From an uncultured Pseudomonadota bacterium (GTDB lineage Bacteria > Pseudomonadota > Alphaproteobacteria > Rs-D84), in the NCBI GenBank assembly GCA_902801125.1, contig CADCGT010000002.1, forward strand, positions 225,157 through 289,156: a stretch of DNA of 64,000 bases. Direction: 5' to 3'. A program made the position numbers and the translations under genes. The number at the start of each line of letters is the position of its first letter. Positions within the stretch are counted from its first letter, which is position 1. This document shows positions 8,143 through 18,368 of the stretch, piece after piece. The notes beneath the pieces are model-generated. The model made no database searches, was not told where the DNA came from, and saw nothing but the letters and a program-made list of their open reading frames with translations.

Positions 8143-8970
8143 ATGGAATACTATGAAACATTGGTTGGGGACGGCGAATCCACAACCTTTTATTTTACTT
8201 TCCCGTTTTTTGGCGTGAACGACATTCATGTCAAAATTGACGGCGTCGAACAATCAACCAACACATATACAATGACGCCCAATCCAACCCCAAATGACGC
8301 AGACACCGAATACACCGGCGGGACTGTCGAATTTTTAACTGCACCGGCGAATGGTGACCGCATTACAATTTATCGTGAAATAGAATTGGTTCGCCACATA
8401 GATTATCAACCAACCGAAAAACCACTGTCCCACCAAATGAACCAAGACGCAAATCAATTAATGGGCGCGTTGCGTGAATTGAACATAAAATTAAAAAACA
8501 TACTGAATTTGGCAACAATTCCTACCTTGGCGGATTTACTGGCGGAATTGACGGAAATACGCGATACTCTACCCGACTTTTTGACCGCCGATGATTTAAC
8601 AGACATTAATACCGCCATCGCCACATTACCGAACAAGGCCGACATAGATATGGATAACCTAAGTTCAACCGGTAAATCCACCATCACAAATCTTGGTATG
8701 CCCGATTATTCAAATGGAACCCAATTGTCAATAAGTGCAGGCCAGTCGATTCAAATTGAACAGGATTGCTGTCTTTACCTGTACGCCAGTAATAATGGTG
8801 GTATACAAATCAGACAGACAAACGCCAACGGTATAATATTGGCTCAATTAACCCAAAATTCATCTATTGAAACATCGTGTATGATTTACGTCCCGGCCGG
8901 AATAACGATTTACATAAAAACAAAAACCGGAAATTCTGGTATCACGCAGTACCCACTGCGCGGGCAATAA
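8143..8970 (+). CDS. Phage tail-fibre-like protein (T7-type tail-fibre N-terminal domain), not within a prophage
   Basis: YETLVGDGESTTFYFTFPFFGVNDIHVKIDGVEQ...GGTVEFLTAPANGDRITIYREIELVRHIDYQP...LNQDANQLMGALRELN follows the conserved tail-fibre N-terminal pattern. Confidence 0.65.
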   Translation: MEYYETLVGDGESTTFYFTFPFFGVNDIHVKIDGVEQSTNTYTMTPNPTPNDADTEYTGGTVEFLTAPANGDRITIYREIELVRHIDYQPTEKPLSHQMNQDANQLMGALRELNIKLKNILNLATIPTLADLLAELTEIRDTLPDFLTADDLTDINTAIATLPNKADIDMDNLSSTGKSTITNLGMPDYSNGTQLSISAGQSIQIEQDCCLYLYASNNGGIQIRQTNANGIILAQLTQNSSIETSCMIYVPAGITIYIKTKTGNSGITQYPLRGQ

Positions 8971-8972
8971 TA

Positions 8973-8999
8973 AAACCCGTTCATTTATTGAACGGGTTT
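8973..8999. terminator. Bidirectional hairpin terminator between convergent genes
   Basis: AAACCCGTTCA-TTTAT-TGAACGGGTTT. It overlaps the stop of the minus-strand gene. Confidence 0.7.
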
Positions 9000-10019
9000 A
9001 TCACATACAAACTTTTTTGGTTGGCCAAACAATATTCGCATTAATTTATTTTTGGGTTTTGCATCTATGGATTCAACCAAAAATTGCTTAAAGTTTCTGT
9101 TCATATTTGGATATGTTCCAAAACCCAATCTTTTCGCAGAATCGATATCTTGGGCAAACAAATTATCCCACCAATCCAAATACAATTTATGGTCCCGCCT
9201 GTACTTTTCTTCTTGGTCGGCGGTCATAACCGGTTCTGACAACATTTTGCAGTATAAATCATCATTTGAATCCAATTGTTTTATTTTTTCCAATACCTCA
9301 TCCAAACTCATTTCGTTTGCATTTATAAAACGTTTTGGATTGAATGAATCCGCAACCGATGGATCACCCCAATAAATTGGAATAGTATATGCCTGCAGGG
9401 CGGTCAATAACTTTTCACTGGTATAACCGCGATAGGTCGCGTTTTCCGATGCGATTGTAAATTTGTAATTTCTTTTTACCCGTTCATCCACAAATTTTTC
9501 GGCCAATTCAACATTCCGCAGATGTGTTCCCAACGCATCAACCGGTTTATATTGCGAAATCGCATAAAACAATCTGTCCCGCATTGGATGCGCATTTGGG
9601 TTTGTATAAATAAAATTACAAAACTTGGTTTTATGTTTCAATTCGTCACGTGCATCCGGGCATTTTATCCAAAAATCCGGTGTAAGGCGTTTATGGAAAA
9701 AATCTATCGTTGGCATACGAATAATTCTGTCATAACATTTTAAATCCCGGTCAAAAGCAATCGCATAATCAAACCAGTTCAAATCGGGTGCCATGGCTTC
9801 GCCACCATAGAAAATATTAATTGTTCGATTATTTGCCAATTTCAAAAATTGCCGATACAAATTCACATCTTTATAAATCCATTCGCTTACCACAAGATAA
9901 TCCGGATTGGTATCATCCCAAATTAAATTATATTTGTCCCGCGGAATCAGCAGATGTTCATACAAAAACCTGATATCATTATATAAAGGATGCAAAAAAT
10001 AAATCCTTATACCTTTCAT
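8985..10019 (-). CDS. GT10-family alpha-1,3-fucosyltransferase
   Basis: KFCNFIYTNPNAHPMRDRLF...YKFTIASENATYRGYTSEKLLTALQAYTIPIYWGDPSVADSFNPKRFINA closely parallels the Helicobacter FucT catalytic motifs. Confidence 0.85.
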   Translation of the reverse strand: MKGIRIYFLHPLYNDIRFLYEHLLIPRDKYNLIWDDTNPDYLVVSEWIYKDVNLYRQFLKLANNRTINIFYGGEAMAPDLNWFDYAIAFDRDLKCYDRIIRMPTIDFFHKRLTPDFWIKCPDARDELKHKTKFCNFIYTNPNAHPMRDRLFYAISQYKPVDALGTHLRNVELAEKFVDERVKRNYKFTIASENATYRGYTSEKLLTALQAYTIPIYWGDPSVADSFNPKRFINANEMSLDEVLEKIKQLDSNDDLYCKMLSEPVMTADQEEKYRRDHKLYLDWWDNLFAQDIDSAKRLGFGTYPNMNRNFKQFLVESIDAKPKNKLMRILFGQPKKFVCDKPVQ

Positions 10020-10022
10020 TTA

Positions 10023-10988
10023 TTACTCCTTTGGTAATTTCAACAAATCCCCCAACCTTCTGTCCCATTCTTGGGGTTCGAATTTTTTCATCCCATTAAA
10101 GTGATAGAATGTTATTTCACCAAAATATAACTTATTATCCAAAATATAAAAGTCAACCCGACAATGCGGAAAGCCTTTTGACAAAATGGCAGATATATCA
10201 AGCATTTCTTGAAATTGTTTTGGTTTTTTGATGGCCTTGTTTGAATTTTCATAATATTGCTTAAAAGGCAATTGTTTAAAGTCCAAATCATAAAAATTAA
10301 ATCTTAAATCCTTGTTCCTGTCTATGGCAACAAACAAGAAATTCGGTTCACCATCATTACAAAATATTTTGTAATCCAATAAATTCCCATCCATTTGTTC
10401 AATATATTCTTCTGCAATAATTTTAGGTTTAATATCTTTATAACACCATTCAAAAGACATAAAGTAATGATTGGATTCCGGACGCATCCATTTTGCCAAT
10501 TGGCGACGCGTTTCACGTATATTTAATTTGGATTTATCTTTTACAATAATATTTTGTCCACTGCCCCAATTGACCTTTAAAACAAATTTATCGGGCAATT
10601 TATCAAAATCTATATCATTGGGATTGTCCCATACCCCAATACACGGAATCAAATATTGTTCACCAATCTTTTCTTTGATATATTCGCGCACTGCGACCTT
10701 GTCCGCGCATTTTGTCATTAACGGATTACGATAATATAACTTTAACCATTGCAATTTTTCATTGAATGTTTTTGGGGCATCCAAATTCGGCACATAACCA
10801 ACCTGAGATTTAAATTGTTCTTCTATACAATATCGGATTTCATCCGGGGTCAATCCATTAAAACGTCTTGCGTATATTTGTTCATACTTAGAAAGCTCTC
10901 GTTTTCTTCTGTAACTGAAAATTTTTATATTAAAAAAATAAATATGTCGCCGACCGTTTGGAAAACGTTCTTTTTTAAAAATCTTCAT
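10023..10988 (-). CDS. TupA-like ATP-grasp protein (polysaccharide-locus enzyme)
   Basis: FNEKLQWLKLYYRNPLMTKCADKVAVREYIKEKIGEQYLIP...FVLKVNWGSGQNIIV...DYKIFCNDGEP...RVDFYILDNKLYFGEITF. I prefer the start at MKIFKKE (10988), which overlaps the upstream stop by 14 nt. Confidence 0.8.
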   Translation of the reverse strand: MKIFKKERFPNGRRHIYFFNIKIFSYRRKRELSKYEQIYARRFNGLTPDEIRYCIEEQFKSQVGYVPNLDAPKTFNEKLQWLKLYYRNPLMTKCADKVAVREYIKEKIGEQYLIPCIGVWDNPNDIDFDKLPDKFVLKVNWGSGQNIIVKDKSKLNIRETRRQLAKWMRPESNHYFMSFEWCYKDIKPKIIAEEYIEQMDGNLLDYKIFCNDGEPNFLFVAIDRNKDLRFNFYDLDFKQLPFKQYYENSNKAIKKPKQFQEMLDISAILSKGFPHCRVDFYILDNKLYFGEITFYHFNGMKKFEPQEWDRRLGDLLKLPKE

Positions 10989-11931
10989 TATTCTTTCTCC
11001 AATTAACAAATTTTTGAATACCCCGATCAAACGTCGTCTTTGGTGAATATTTCAACAATCGATGTGCCTTGGACCAATCGCACACCGTTTTATCCACATC
11101 ACCCGGTTGCATAGGTTTTTGTTCTATTATCGCATTCCGCCCTAATGCGTGTTCAATTGTTCGAATCATTCGAATTAATGTAATCGGTTCACCACCACCA
11201 AGGTTTATTATCTCAAACCCAGTTTTATCATAATCAACTGCGGCACAAATCCCGTCGATTATGTCGTCTATGTATGTGTAATCACGTTTTGTCGTTCCAT
11301 CACCATACATTTGAATCGGTTTGCCCGCTGCTATCCTTTGGACAAATTTATGAATTGCCAAATCCGGACGCTGACGTGGACCATAAACCGTAAAGAATCG
11401 CAATGCCACGATATTTATCCCATACAAATGATGCCATGTATAGCACAATTGTTCGCACGCGGACTTTGTTGCCGCATACGGAGAAATGGGTTCTGTCACT
11501 TTCAAATCTTCGCTGAATTCGGTTGCGGAACAATTACCATAAACCGATGAAGAAGACGCAAACACCAATTTTTTCACGCCACATTCGCGCATACATTCAA
11601 GTATATTTACCGTGCCAATTATGTTTGTCTTCACATAATTCATCGGTTTTTCCAAACTTGGCCGAACCCCGGCACGCGCGGCAAGATGGATAACTGCATC
11701 AAATTTATGTTCTGTAAAAATTTTGGCAATTTCGTTTTTATTCTCAATATCAACACGATACAAAACATAATGTGGATTTGGTAAATTTGACCGAACATTT
11801 TTTTCTTTGATATTCACATCATAATAATCGTTAAAATTATCAACGACCACAACATCGTGACCATTATTCAACAATCTATCTACCAAATTAGAACCAATAA
11901 AACCCGCACCACCCGTTACCAAATATTTCAT
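10975..11931 (-). CDS. NAD-dependent sugar-nucleotide epimerase/dehydratase (SDR family)
   Basis: MKYLVTGGAGFIGSNLVDRL Rossmann motif and YAATKSACE catalytic YxxxK. The start at 11931 abuts the stop of the upstream gene. Confidence 0.88.
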   Translation of the reverse strand: MKYLVTGGAGFIGSNLVDRLLNNGHDVVVVDNFNDYYDVNIKEKNVRSNLPNPHYVLYRVDIENKNEIAKIFTEHKFDAVIHLAARAGVRPSLEKPMNYVKTNIIGTVNILECMRECGVKKLVFASSSSVYGNCSATEFSEDLKVTEPISPYAATKSACEQLCYTWHHLYGINIVALRFFTVYGPRQRPDLAIHKFVQRIAAGKPIQMYGDGTTKRDYTYIDDIIDGICAAVDYDKTGFEIINLGGGEPITLIRMIRTIEHALGRNAIIEQKPMQPGDVDKTVCDWSKAHRLLKYSPKTTFDRGIQKFVNWRKNNEDF

Positions 11932-11932
11932 T

Positions 11933-13669
11933 TTATACCTCGCTTGCAAAAATTTTTTTACCTGTGGCGCGTTCTTTATTGTGTCCGCGGAATTCAAAAT
12001 TTACCGTATCAATTCTGTAATTAATATCAGACAAATACGGAACATGTAATTTATTTTTCCATAAAACGTAAAACAAACCCAATTGATCCCGTTTAGAATA
12101 TTTTTGCAAAACGTCCCACCAATCTTCCATTATTTTTATACATTTTTTATCATGATGTCTGCGCCAAATAACATTATTTTCACCCAACCCATAATGCGCC
12201 GGAAATTTTTCTTTCTTAAGGAATGCTTTATATCGGTTCAAATTTTCGGGTGTATCCAATTCATAATGCGCAACCGCATCAATTTCTTCATAAATACAAT
12301 CCCGTTTATAATGTTTCGGCACAGACAAAACGGCATTATCAGGGATTTTATTTATATCATCAAATAGCTTTGCCGTTTTAACATTGATATTCGCATCAAT
12401 ATAAACACTGGTTTGGTAATCTGGAAACAAAACATGCGGATAAAATTTATGCCAACGATTTATTTCGGCAAAAGTGCCATTATTAAAAACCAATGGCCTG
12501 ACCGTCCAAACCCCAACTTTTTTCTTTTTTACATATTTCATATTATCCGTGAACAAAACATAGTCATAGTTTTTGTTTACACAATTTGGTTGAATAAGGT
12601 TATCATAATCGCCCGTGATACAGGTATATATAACCCCACTATTTTTACCTTTTGTTTCTTTTGGAATAACAATATTCGGACACAAACGGGGTTTTTTATA
12701 CCAACTTAAAATTTTTATTCCAAAGAAATATATATGTTGCCGCCCAAATGGTTTGCCATCACGCGAAAACATGGTATATCTGCGTTCGTGTTTCAAATAT
12801 TCGTTATATTTATCTATTATTGACTGAACCGATTTTACATGCCCGGGATCAGTTAAAACATCATGCCACTTGTTATTAAATTTAACACTATTTTTAGCAC
12901 ACAAATCGCGTGTTTGCATCATTTTATCGCCATAACTTATTGTTTCAAAATGCAGAATACGCGATTGAAACACATTGACAACCCGTAACCCTAATTTTCG
13001 AATTTTGAAACACAAATCTGTGTCTTCATAATAGGCCGGATTAAATATTGGATCAAAACCACCTACACGATTCCATAATTTCTTTTCCAATACCAGACAA
13101 CAACCACTTTTATAATCAAAATCTACATTTAATTTTTTTAATCGAGAACGATATTTACAATCACGTCCTATACGCACAACCACATTATCACCCGATATCA
13201 CACCACCTAATTCACTTACCGTGCCGTTTGGCGCAATAAGTGTTCCGCCCGCCGCACCAATACTTTTATCTTTTTCCAAAGTTCGAATTATTGGGGCCAG
13301 CCAATTTTTATAAAACAACATATCATTATTTAAAAAGGCAATATATTTACCGCGCGCATATTTTACTGCATTTGTACAATTTTTTCCAAACCCAGAATTG
13401 GTTTCGGTGCGCGCATGTTTTATACCACCTATCTTTTTTGATATATCTATGGTTTCATCTGTTGAACAATCGTCTGCAATAATAACCTCGTACGAAACGC
13501 CTGTGGTATGTTTTAATATAGAATACAAACATTCACGTGTCATTTGATATTTGTTATACACAGGTATAATCAACGACACAGTCGGTTTTTCGACATACGG
13601 AAAATCAAAAGTATCTGGGGCGTCATAATTTCCATATGTACTTAATAATAATTTTCTAAAACTATCCAT
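11933..13669 (-). CDS. Bifunctional glycosyltransferase: N-terminal GT2 fused to a C-terminal DUF616-like domain
   Basis: The N-terminal half has VSLIIPVYNKYQMTRECLYSIL...IIADDCSTDET...FLNNDM (GT2). The C-terminal half has VIYTCITGDYDNLIQP...YVLFTDN...NRWHKFYPHVLF (DUF616/TOD1-like). Confidence 0.75.
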   Translation of the reverse strand: MDSFRKLLLSTYGNYDAPDTFDFPYVEKPTVSLIIPVYNKYQMTRECLYSILKHTTGVSYEVIIADDCSTDETIDISKKIGGIKHARTETNSGFGKNCTNAVKYARGKYIAFLNNDMLFYKNWLAPIIRTLEKDKSIGAAGGTLIAPNGTVSELGGVISGDNVVVRIGRDCKYRSRLKKLNVDFDYKSGCCLVLEKKLWNRVGGFDPIFNPAYYEDTDLCFKIRKLGLRVVNVFQSRILHFETISYGDKMMQTRDLCAKNSVKFNNKWHDVLTDPGHVKSVQSIIDKYNEYLKHERRYTMFSRDGKPFGRQHIYFFGIKILSWYKKPRLCPNIVIPKETKGKNSGVIYTCITGDYDNLIQPNCVNKNYDYVLFTDNMKYVKKKKVGVWTVRPLVFNNGTFAEINRWHKFYPHVLFPDYQTSVYIDANINVKTAKLFDDINKIPDNAVLSVPKHYKRDCIYEEIDAVAHYELDTPENLNRYKAFLKKEKFPAHYGLGENNVIWRRHHDKKCIKIMEDWWDVLQKYSKRDQLGLFYVLWKNKLHVPYLSDINYRIDTVNFEFRGHNKERATGKKIFASEV

Positions 13670-13767
13670 TTTTACCCTTTTCTAAAAATCGCACCACATA
13701 CGAACAAAATCCTATCACCGTCATAACAATACCACCTTGTACAGAACAAATTCAATCAAAAACCGTA

Positions 13768-15027
13768 TTATTGTGCCTGGTTTAAAATCGTTTTAATTAT
13801 TAAATCTGCGGTCTTGTCCCAAGAAAATTGTTTTGCACGTTTCAACCCTCGCAACCGCATATCTTCACGCATTTTAGGATTATTATAGTAATTCTCGTAT
13901 GCCGCGATGTGTTGCTCATCACTGTCCCAATCTATCATTATTCCAGCATCACCTACAACTTCTGGCAAAGAAGAATTATTAGAAGTTATAACCGGACAAC
14001 CACACTTCATCGCCTCCAACGGTGGCAGACCAAAACCTTCATACTGGGAAGTATAAACGAACCATTCGGCGCCACTGTAAAGTGCGGCCAAATCTTCATC
14101 ATCAATATATCCCGCCCGAATAATCTTGTCTTTATATTTACCCAAATCATCAATTTCAGATTCCAATTTGCCAATAAATTCATCCCAGTGTGCCCCACCA
14201 AGAACAAAAACCATATCATCAATTTTATTTTTTTTGATAAATTCTATAAACGTTTTTACAGCCCTTATAAGATTTTTACGCGGTTCCAATGTGCACAACG
14301 AAAAAACGTACTTTTTACCATTTGGAATGTTATATTTCGCACGCGCATCCGCAATTTTTCTTGCGTCAGACACATGATAAAAATTATCGTTTGCCGCCAA
14401 TGGTGTCACAGTAATATCATCTGGGTTCATCTTTAACAACCGTACAAAATCATTCTTGGTTGCATCCGAGTTAGCAAAATATTTACAATTTGGTTTCGTC
14501 TTTATGTAATTGACCAAGATATCAAACCAATAATGCGAATTCGAACGCGCGGTTTTATAATAGTCTGTAAACAACACAGGTATCATATCATGCAAGAGAA
14601 TATATTTTCTCTTGGCTTTGATTTTATTTGTAAAAATATAGATAGGTGAAAACGCAACGTCAAAATTCGGTAATGTTATGCAACGCCCAATTAAACCAAT
14701 AGGTTTGCGCACAAATACATTTAACATTAATTTCAACAGATTAAGTTTATAAGCTCGCAATATTTTATCCAATTTTGCCATTCTAGATAAAAATACTGTA
14801 TAATGATTGGAATAATAAATTGGCAACTTGCCAAAATTTTGTTTCACAAAATTTGTAAATTCGTCACCGGCACAGGTGCTATACAAAGATATATCGAATT
14901 GTTCAGATTTTACCAAACTTTTCAAAATATTATATGTAGCAAAATAAATTCCAGATCGCCCGCGTCCATTAGAAAGATTACTTGCAATAACAGACGCATC
15001 AAAAATTAATGCCTTTTTCTTTTTCAT
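13768..15027 (-). CDS. GT4-family (group 1) glycosyltransferase
   Basis: EPRKNL...[58 protein letters not shown] is the classic EX7E region. Confidence 0.88.
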   Translation of the reverse strand: MKKKKALIFDASVIASNLSNGRGRSGIYFATYNILKSLVKSEQFDISLYSTCAGDEFTNFVKQNFGKLPIYYSNHYTVFLSRMAKLDKILRAYKLNLLKLMLNVFVRKPIGLIGRCITLPNFDVAFSPIYIFTNKIKAKRKYILLHDMIPVLFTDYYKTARSNSHYWFDILVNYIKTKPNCKYFANSDATKNDFVRLLKMNPDDITVTPLAANDNFYHVSDARKIADARAKYNIPNGKKYVFSLCTLEPRKNLIRAVKTFIEFIKKNKIDDMVFVLGGAHWDEFIGKLESEIDDLGKYKDKIIRAGYIDDEDLAALYSGAEWFVYTSQYEGFGLPPLEAMKCGCPVITSNNSSLPEVVGDAGIMIDWDSDEQHIAAYENYYNNPKMREDMRLRGLKRAKQFSWDKTADLIIKTILNQAQ

Positions 15028-15038
15028 TTTGCTTTGTC

Positions 15039-16067
15039 CTATTTCTCAAATTCACTTTTATTTGGAAACTTTGTTTCAAAAAATTCCTTGTTGTGCTTGA
15101 AATTTGCATCCGCATTACACCAACTGTCATTTATACACATAATTTTTGACCGGCATTTTAATGCCCCTGATTCAAACGCATCGGTGCAATAAAATGCAGA
15201 ATCACGCACAGATTTATAATGAATCAAATTATATAAAAAATCCAATATGATATTATGCCCAATATGTCGCGAATGCGCCCGAATTATTTTTGAACGCCCC
15301 ATGACAACATCATACAAATTAAATACCAAACGATGCACATCGGTTTCATCGCGAAAACGATTATATCGCGTGGCATTTATAATTGGATTTAATACCGGAT
15401 TTGCCAAACATTCCGCCATAGAAGATTTTATGTACGGGTCCATACCGTGCGACGCCTTGTAATTATAAAGACGAACACCAAACGCACGTTCTATCGCCAC
15501 CGCCGCATTTATCAAATGCAGTAAATAAACACTGTTTTTATCACGCGCAATATGACCATTTTTACGATATATAGCACAGAATTTTGCGCGACCTGACGCA
15601 TCAAAGAAATAATCCGGCGATGTTGGCGCGTTAAAAAACATATCATCATTTGCCAATATAAAATGTTCGGCCAGCCCCGGTATGTTCGCCAAAGACGCCT
15701 CAATCGCACACGAATTAAATATCGGTGACGCGTCGGCCGGCAATATAGATTCTTGGGGAACGATGGTCACACGCGGATTTTTTGTATCAAGCCAATTTGG
15801 AACTTGACCAAAGCCGGTCACAATATAGATATGATTTATCCACGGAGCATTTTTTTCGACCGAACGCAAAGAATATTTTAATTCATCATTATCGCGATAT
15901 ATTTGGTCTTTGCTATCATCGACATATTTGCTGTCGTCTTTGCCCGCCGCACGCAGGTATTTCGCCTTGGTCTTTCTAAAATCCGGGCTACTGCCATCTA
16001 TCCAAAGATAGACTAAATCTATGGGAAATGGGATTTTTTTATTTAAAAGGTCTCTTTTCCTGGTCAT
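15039..16067 (-). CDS. Stealth-family (CR1-CR4) sugar-1-phosphate transferase
   Basis: IDLVYLWIDGSSPDF (CR1), ELKYSLRSVEKNAPWINHIYIVTGFGQVPNWL (CR2) and FNSCAIEASLANIPGLAEHFILANDDMFF (CR3). Start set at MTRKRD (16067). Confidence 0.85.
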   Translation of the reverse strand: MTRKRDLLNKKIPFPIDLVYLWIDGSSPDFRKTKAKYLRAAGKDDSKYVDDSKDQIYRDNDELKYSLRSVEKNAPWINHIYIVTGFGQVPNWLDTKNPRVTIVPQESILPADASPIFNSCAIEASLANIPGLAEHFILANDDMFFNAPTSPDYFFDASGRAKFCAIYRKNGHIARDKNSVYLLHLINAAVAIERAFGVRLYNYKASHGMDPYIKSSMAECLANPVLNPIINATRYNRFRDETDVHRLVFNLYDVVMGRSKIIRAHSRHIGHNIILDFLYNLIHYKSVRDSAFYCTDAFESGALKCRSKIMCINDSWCNADANFKHNKEFFETKFPNKSEFEK

Positions 16068-16120
16068 GTAAAAGATTTTGGCATAAAAGACACATAAAGT
16101 CAAACAACTACTAATTTTTT

Positions 16121-16153
16121 TTATAAAAAAAATACCCCGGTCAAGCCGGGGTA
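16121..16153 (-). terminator. Rho-independent terminator after rplI
   Basis: The minus strand reads TACCCCGG-CTTGA-CCGGGGTA followed by a T-run. It separates the ribosomal operon from the glycan island. Confidence 0.75.
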
Positions 16154-16178
16154 AAACCATAAAAATATTTCGCAAAAA

Positions 16179-16769
16179 TTATTCCGCGACTTCTGCGACG
16201 GCTTCTTCGGCCTTGTCGGCTGACTCTGCGACCGGGGTCTGTTCTGCGACCGGTGCTTCTTCTTCAACCTTTTTGGTTCCGAATGTCAAAACTTTACCGG
16301 CAACCAAGGCTTCGATTTCATCGTTTGTGCGCGCAACATAAACCTTAATCGGCACGATAACATCCGGGTGCAGTGCGATTTTTGTATCGAATGCACCAAC
16401 CGATTTAATCGGCGCGCCCAACATAACCTGGGCCGATGCAACATCAACATTTGCAATTTCTTTCAATGTGCGTGCGATATCGCGACTTGACACAGAACCA
16501 TACAATTGACCTGTATCACCGGCCTGGCGAATCATATACATTTTTGCATTTTTGACCGCATCAACTTTGGCCTCGGCGGCTTTACGTGCATTTTCATGAC
16601 GCGCCTGTAATTCGGCCTTTTGCGCCTCGAACAGGGCGACATTTTCGCGCGACCAACGCAAAGCCTTGTTGTTTGGCAACAAGAAATTACGCGCATAACC
16701 TGTTTTTACTTCAACCGTGTCGCCAATATTGCCCAAACGTGTGATTTTTTCTGTTAAAATAACTTTCAT
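16179..16769 (-). CDS. rplI: 50S ribosomal protein L9 with an acidic C-terminal extension
   Basis: MKVILTEKITRLGNIGDTVEVKTGYARNFLLPNNKA. Confidence 0.93.
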   Translation of the reverse strand: MKVILTEKITRLGNIGDTVEVKTGYARNFLLPNNKALRWSRENVALFEAQKAELQARHENARKAAEAKVDAVKNAKMYMIRQAGDTGQLYGSVSSRDIARTLKEIANVDVASAQVMLGAPIKSVGAFDTKIALHPDVIVPIKVYVARTNDEIEALVAGKVLTFGTKKVEEEAPVAEQTPVAESADKAEEAVAEVAE

Positions 16770-16821
16770 TTTATCTGTCCTTATGTTGTTGTAAGTTAGG
16801 GATAAATCCCAAATATTTTTA

Positions 16822-17049
16822 TTAACCGATGTTGTTCCGCACGAACGGCAACAGACCCAAATGACGTGCGCGTTTGATTGCGCGGGTCAATTGACGTTGG
16901 TCTTTTTGGGAAACGCCGCTAATACGACTTGGCACAATTTTACCGCGTTCGGTAATATAGTGACTCAACATTTTAACATCTTTGTAGTCAATAACCTTGC
17001 CCTTTAACGGGTTAGATTTTTTACGATAAATTGCTGCACGAACTGCCAT
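16822..17049 (-). CDS. rpsR: 30S ribosomal protein S18
   Basis: [49 protein letters not shown]. Confidence 0.93.
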   Translation of the reverse strand: MAVRAAIYRKKSNPLKGKVIDYKDVKMLSHYITERGKIVPSRISGVSQKDQRQLTRAIKRARHLGLLPFVRNNIG

Positions 17050-17387
17050 TATTCTGCCTCCTCGGTATTCTTTTTCATCATGATAGACGGCGTGTCCGCC
17101 AATTTTTCGACACGCACATTCAGATAACGAATAACATCTTCGTCAATGCGGCAACGACGTTCCAATTCTGCAACGGCGACGCCCGGCAATTCGATGTTCA
17201 TCATCACATAGTGTGCCTTGCGATTTTTACGAATGATATAGGCAAGATTTTTCAATCCCCAAAATTCTGTGGATTTCACATCACCACCCAGTTCTTTGAT
17301 AATACCTGCGTATTTTTCCGCTTTTTCTTTAACCTGCGGTTCGGTCAAATCCTGGCGAAACACCAGAACACTTTCATAGTAAGCCAT
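17049..17387 (-). CDS. rpsF: 30S ribosomal protein S6
   Basis: [21 protein letters not shown]...[22 protein letters not shown]. Its stop overlaps the rpsR start (TAATG). Confidence 0.93.
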   Translation of the reverse strand: MAYYESVLVFRQDLTEPQVKEKAEKYAGIIKELGGDVKSTEFWGLKNLAYIIRKNRKAHYVMMNIELPGVAVAELERRCRIDEDVIRYLNVRVEKLADTPSIMMKKNTEEAE

Positions 17388-17569
17388 TTTATTTCCTTTG
17401 GTTTATATCAGCCGTCACCACCATTAGCAACAGCAGGAACAGACGCAATTATTACAATTTTTTCCAAAAATGCAAGAACTTTGTAAATTTTCTTACCTAT
17501 TATAAATAATCCCTGTTGACACGGGGTTTGAAATTTTTCTATGATTGTGGTGTAACGAGAGAAAATACC

Positions 17570-18343
17570 ATGAATAATTTTCACAGAAACCTTAACAGAA
17601 TGGCGTTTTTCACGGCTTTTGTGCTGTGCATAATCATACTTTTTTATCGAACATTTTTCGAGATTTCAATTGCGAACATATATTTGAATGGCGTCATTAT
17701 CGGCACCACATTGTTCGGCATAATCCTTTGTTTTATCAAGGTTTTTCAATTATTACCCGAACATCGGTGGTTGAACGCATATACGCGTGGCGCACGCGGG
17801 GCGAAAATGCCACCGCGCATTCTGCGGGCGGTGGCGGTCATGTTGCGCACACGGCCGGGCAAATTGACGGGGGACGGACTGCGTGGGATGTTGGACACAA
17901 TATTGGTCCGCATGGAAGACGACCGCGAATCGGTACGATATGTGACAAACACATTGGTGTTTTTGGGATTACTTGGGACATTTTGGGGACTGATTTTAAC
18001 GGTTGGCGGTTTTGCAGAACTGATTGGTAACCTGAATTTCAATGACGAATCGGTTTTGGAAACGATGCAGGCGGGCCTGACGCGACCGCTGGGCGGCATG
18101 GCGACCGCGTTTACAAGTTCGTTGCTCGGCCTGGGGGGCAGTTTGATTGTCGGATTCCTTGCCCTGCAATTACAGTTGGCCCAGGGCGCAATTTTTCATA
18201 AATTGGAAGAATTCTTGGCAACACGCACAAATGTCACATATAACGACAATGGTGCATTGAACAAGATTGAATCGACATTGGACAAAATCGGCAACACGGT
18301 TCGCAACATTGACCGTCACGTCGCCCCAGAACAAGTGATATAA
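17570..18343 (+). CDS. MotA/TolQ/ExbB-family proton-channel protein
   Basis: N-terminal TM helices plus the C-terminal channel core LVFLGLLGTFWGLILTVGGF...GGMATAFTSSLLGLGGSLIVG. Start set at MNNFHRN (17570). Confidence 0.75.
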   Translation: MNNFHRNLNRMAFFTAFVLCIIILFYRTFFEISIANIYLNGVIIGTTLFGIILCFIKVFQLLPEHRWLNAYTRGARGAKMPPRILRAVAVMLRTRPGKLTGDGLRGMLDTILVRMEDDRESVRYVTNTLVFLGLLGTFWGLILTVGGFAELIGNLNFNDESVLETMQAGLTRPLGGMATAFTSSLLGLGGSLIVGFLALQLQLAQGAIFHKLEEFLATRTNVTYNDNGALNKIESTLDKIGNTVRNIDRHVAPEQVI

Positions 18344-18368
18344 TAACAGGAAAACAAAGAGAGAGAAA

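Noticed and set aside
8143-8970. Prophage or prophage remnant around the tail-fibre-like gene.
   Set aside because: No other phage structural, replication or integration genes lie within 10 kb on either side. The neighbours are the dsbA-like gene and glycosyltransferases.
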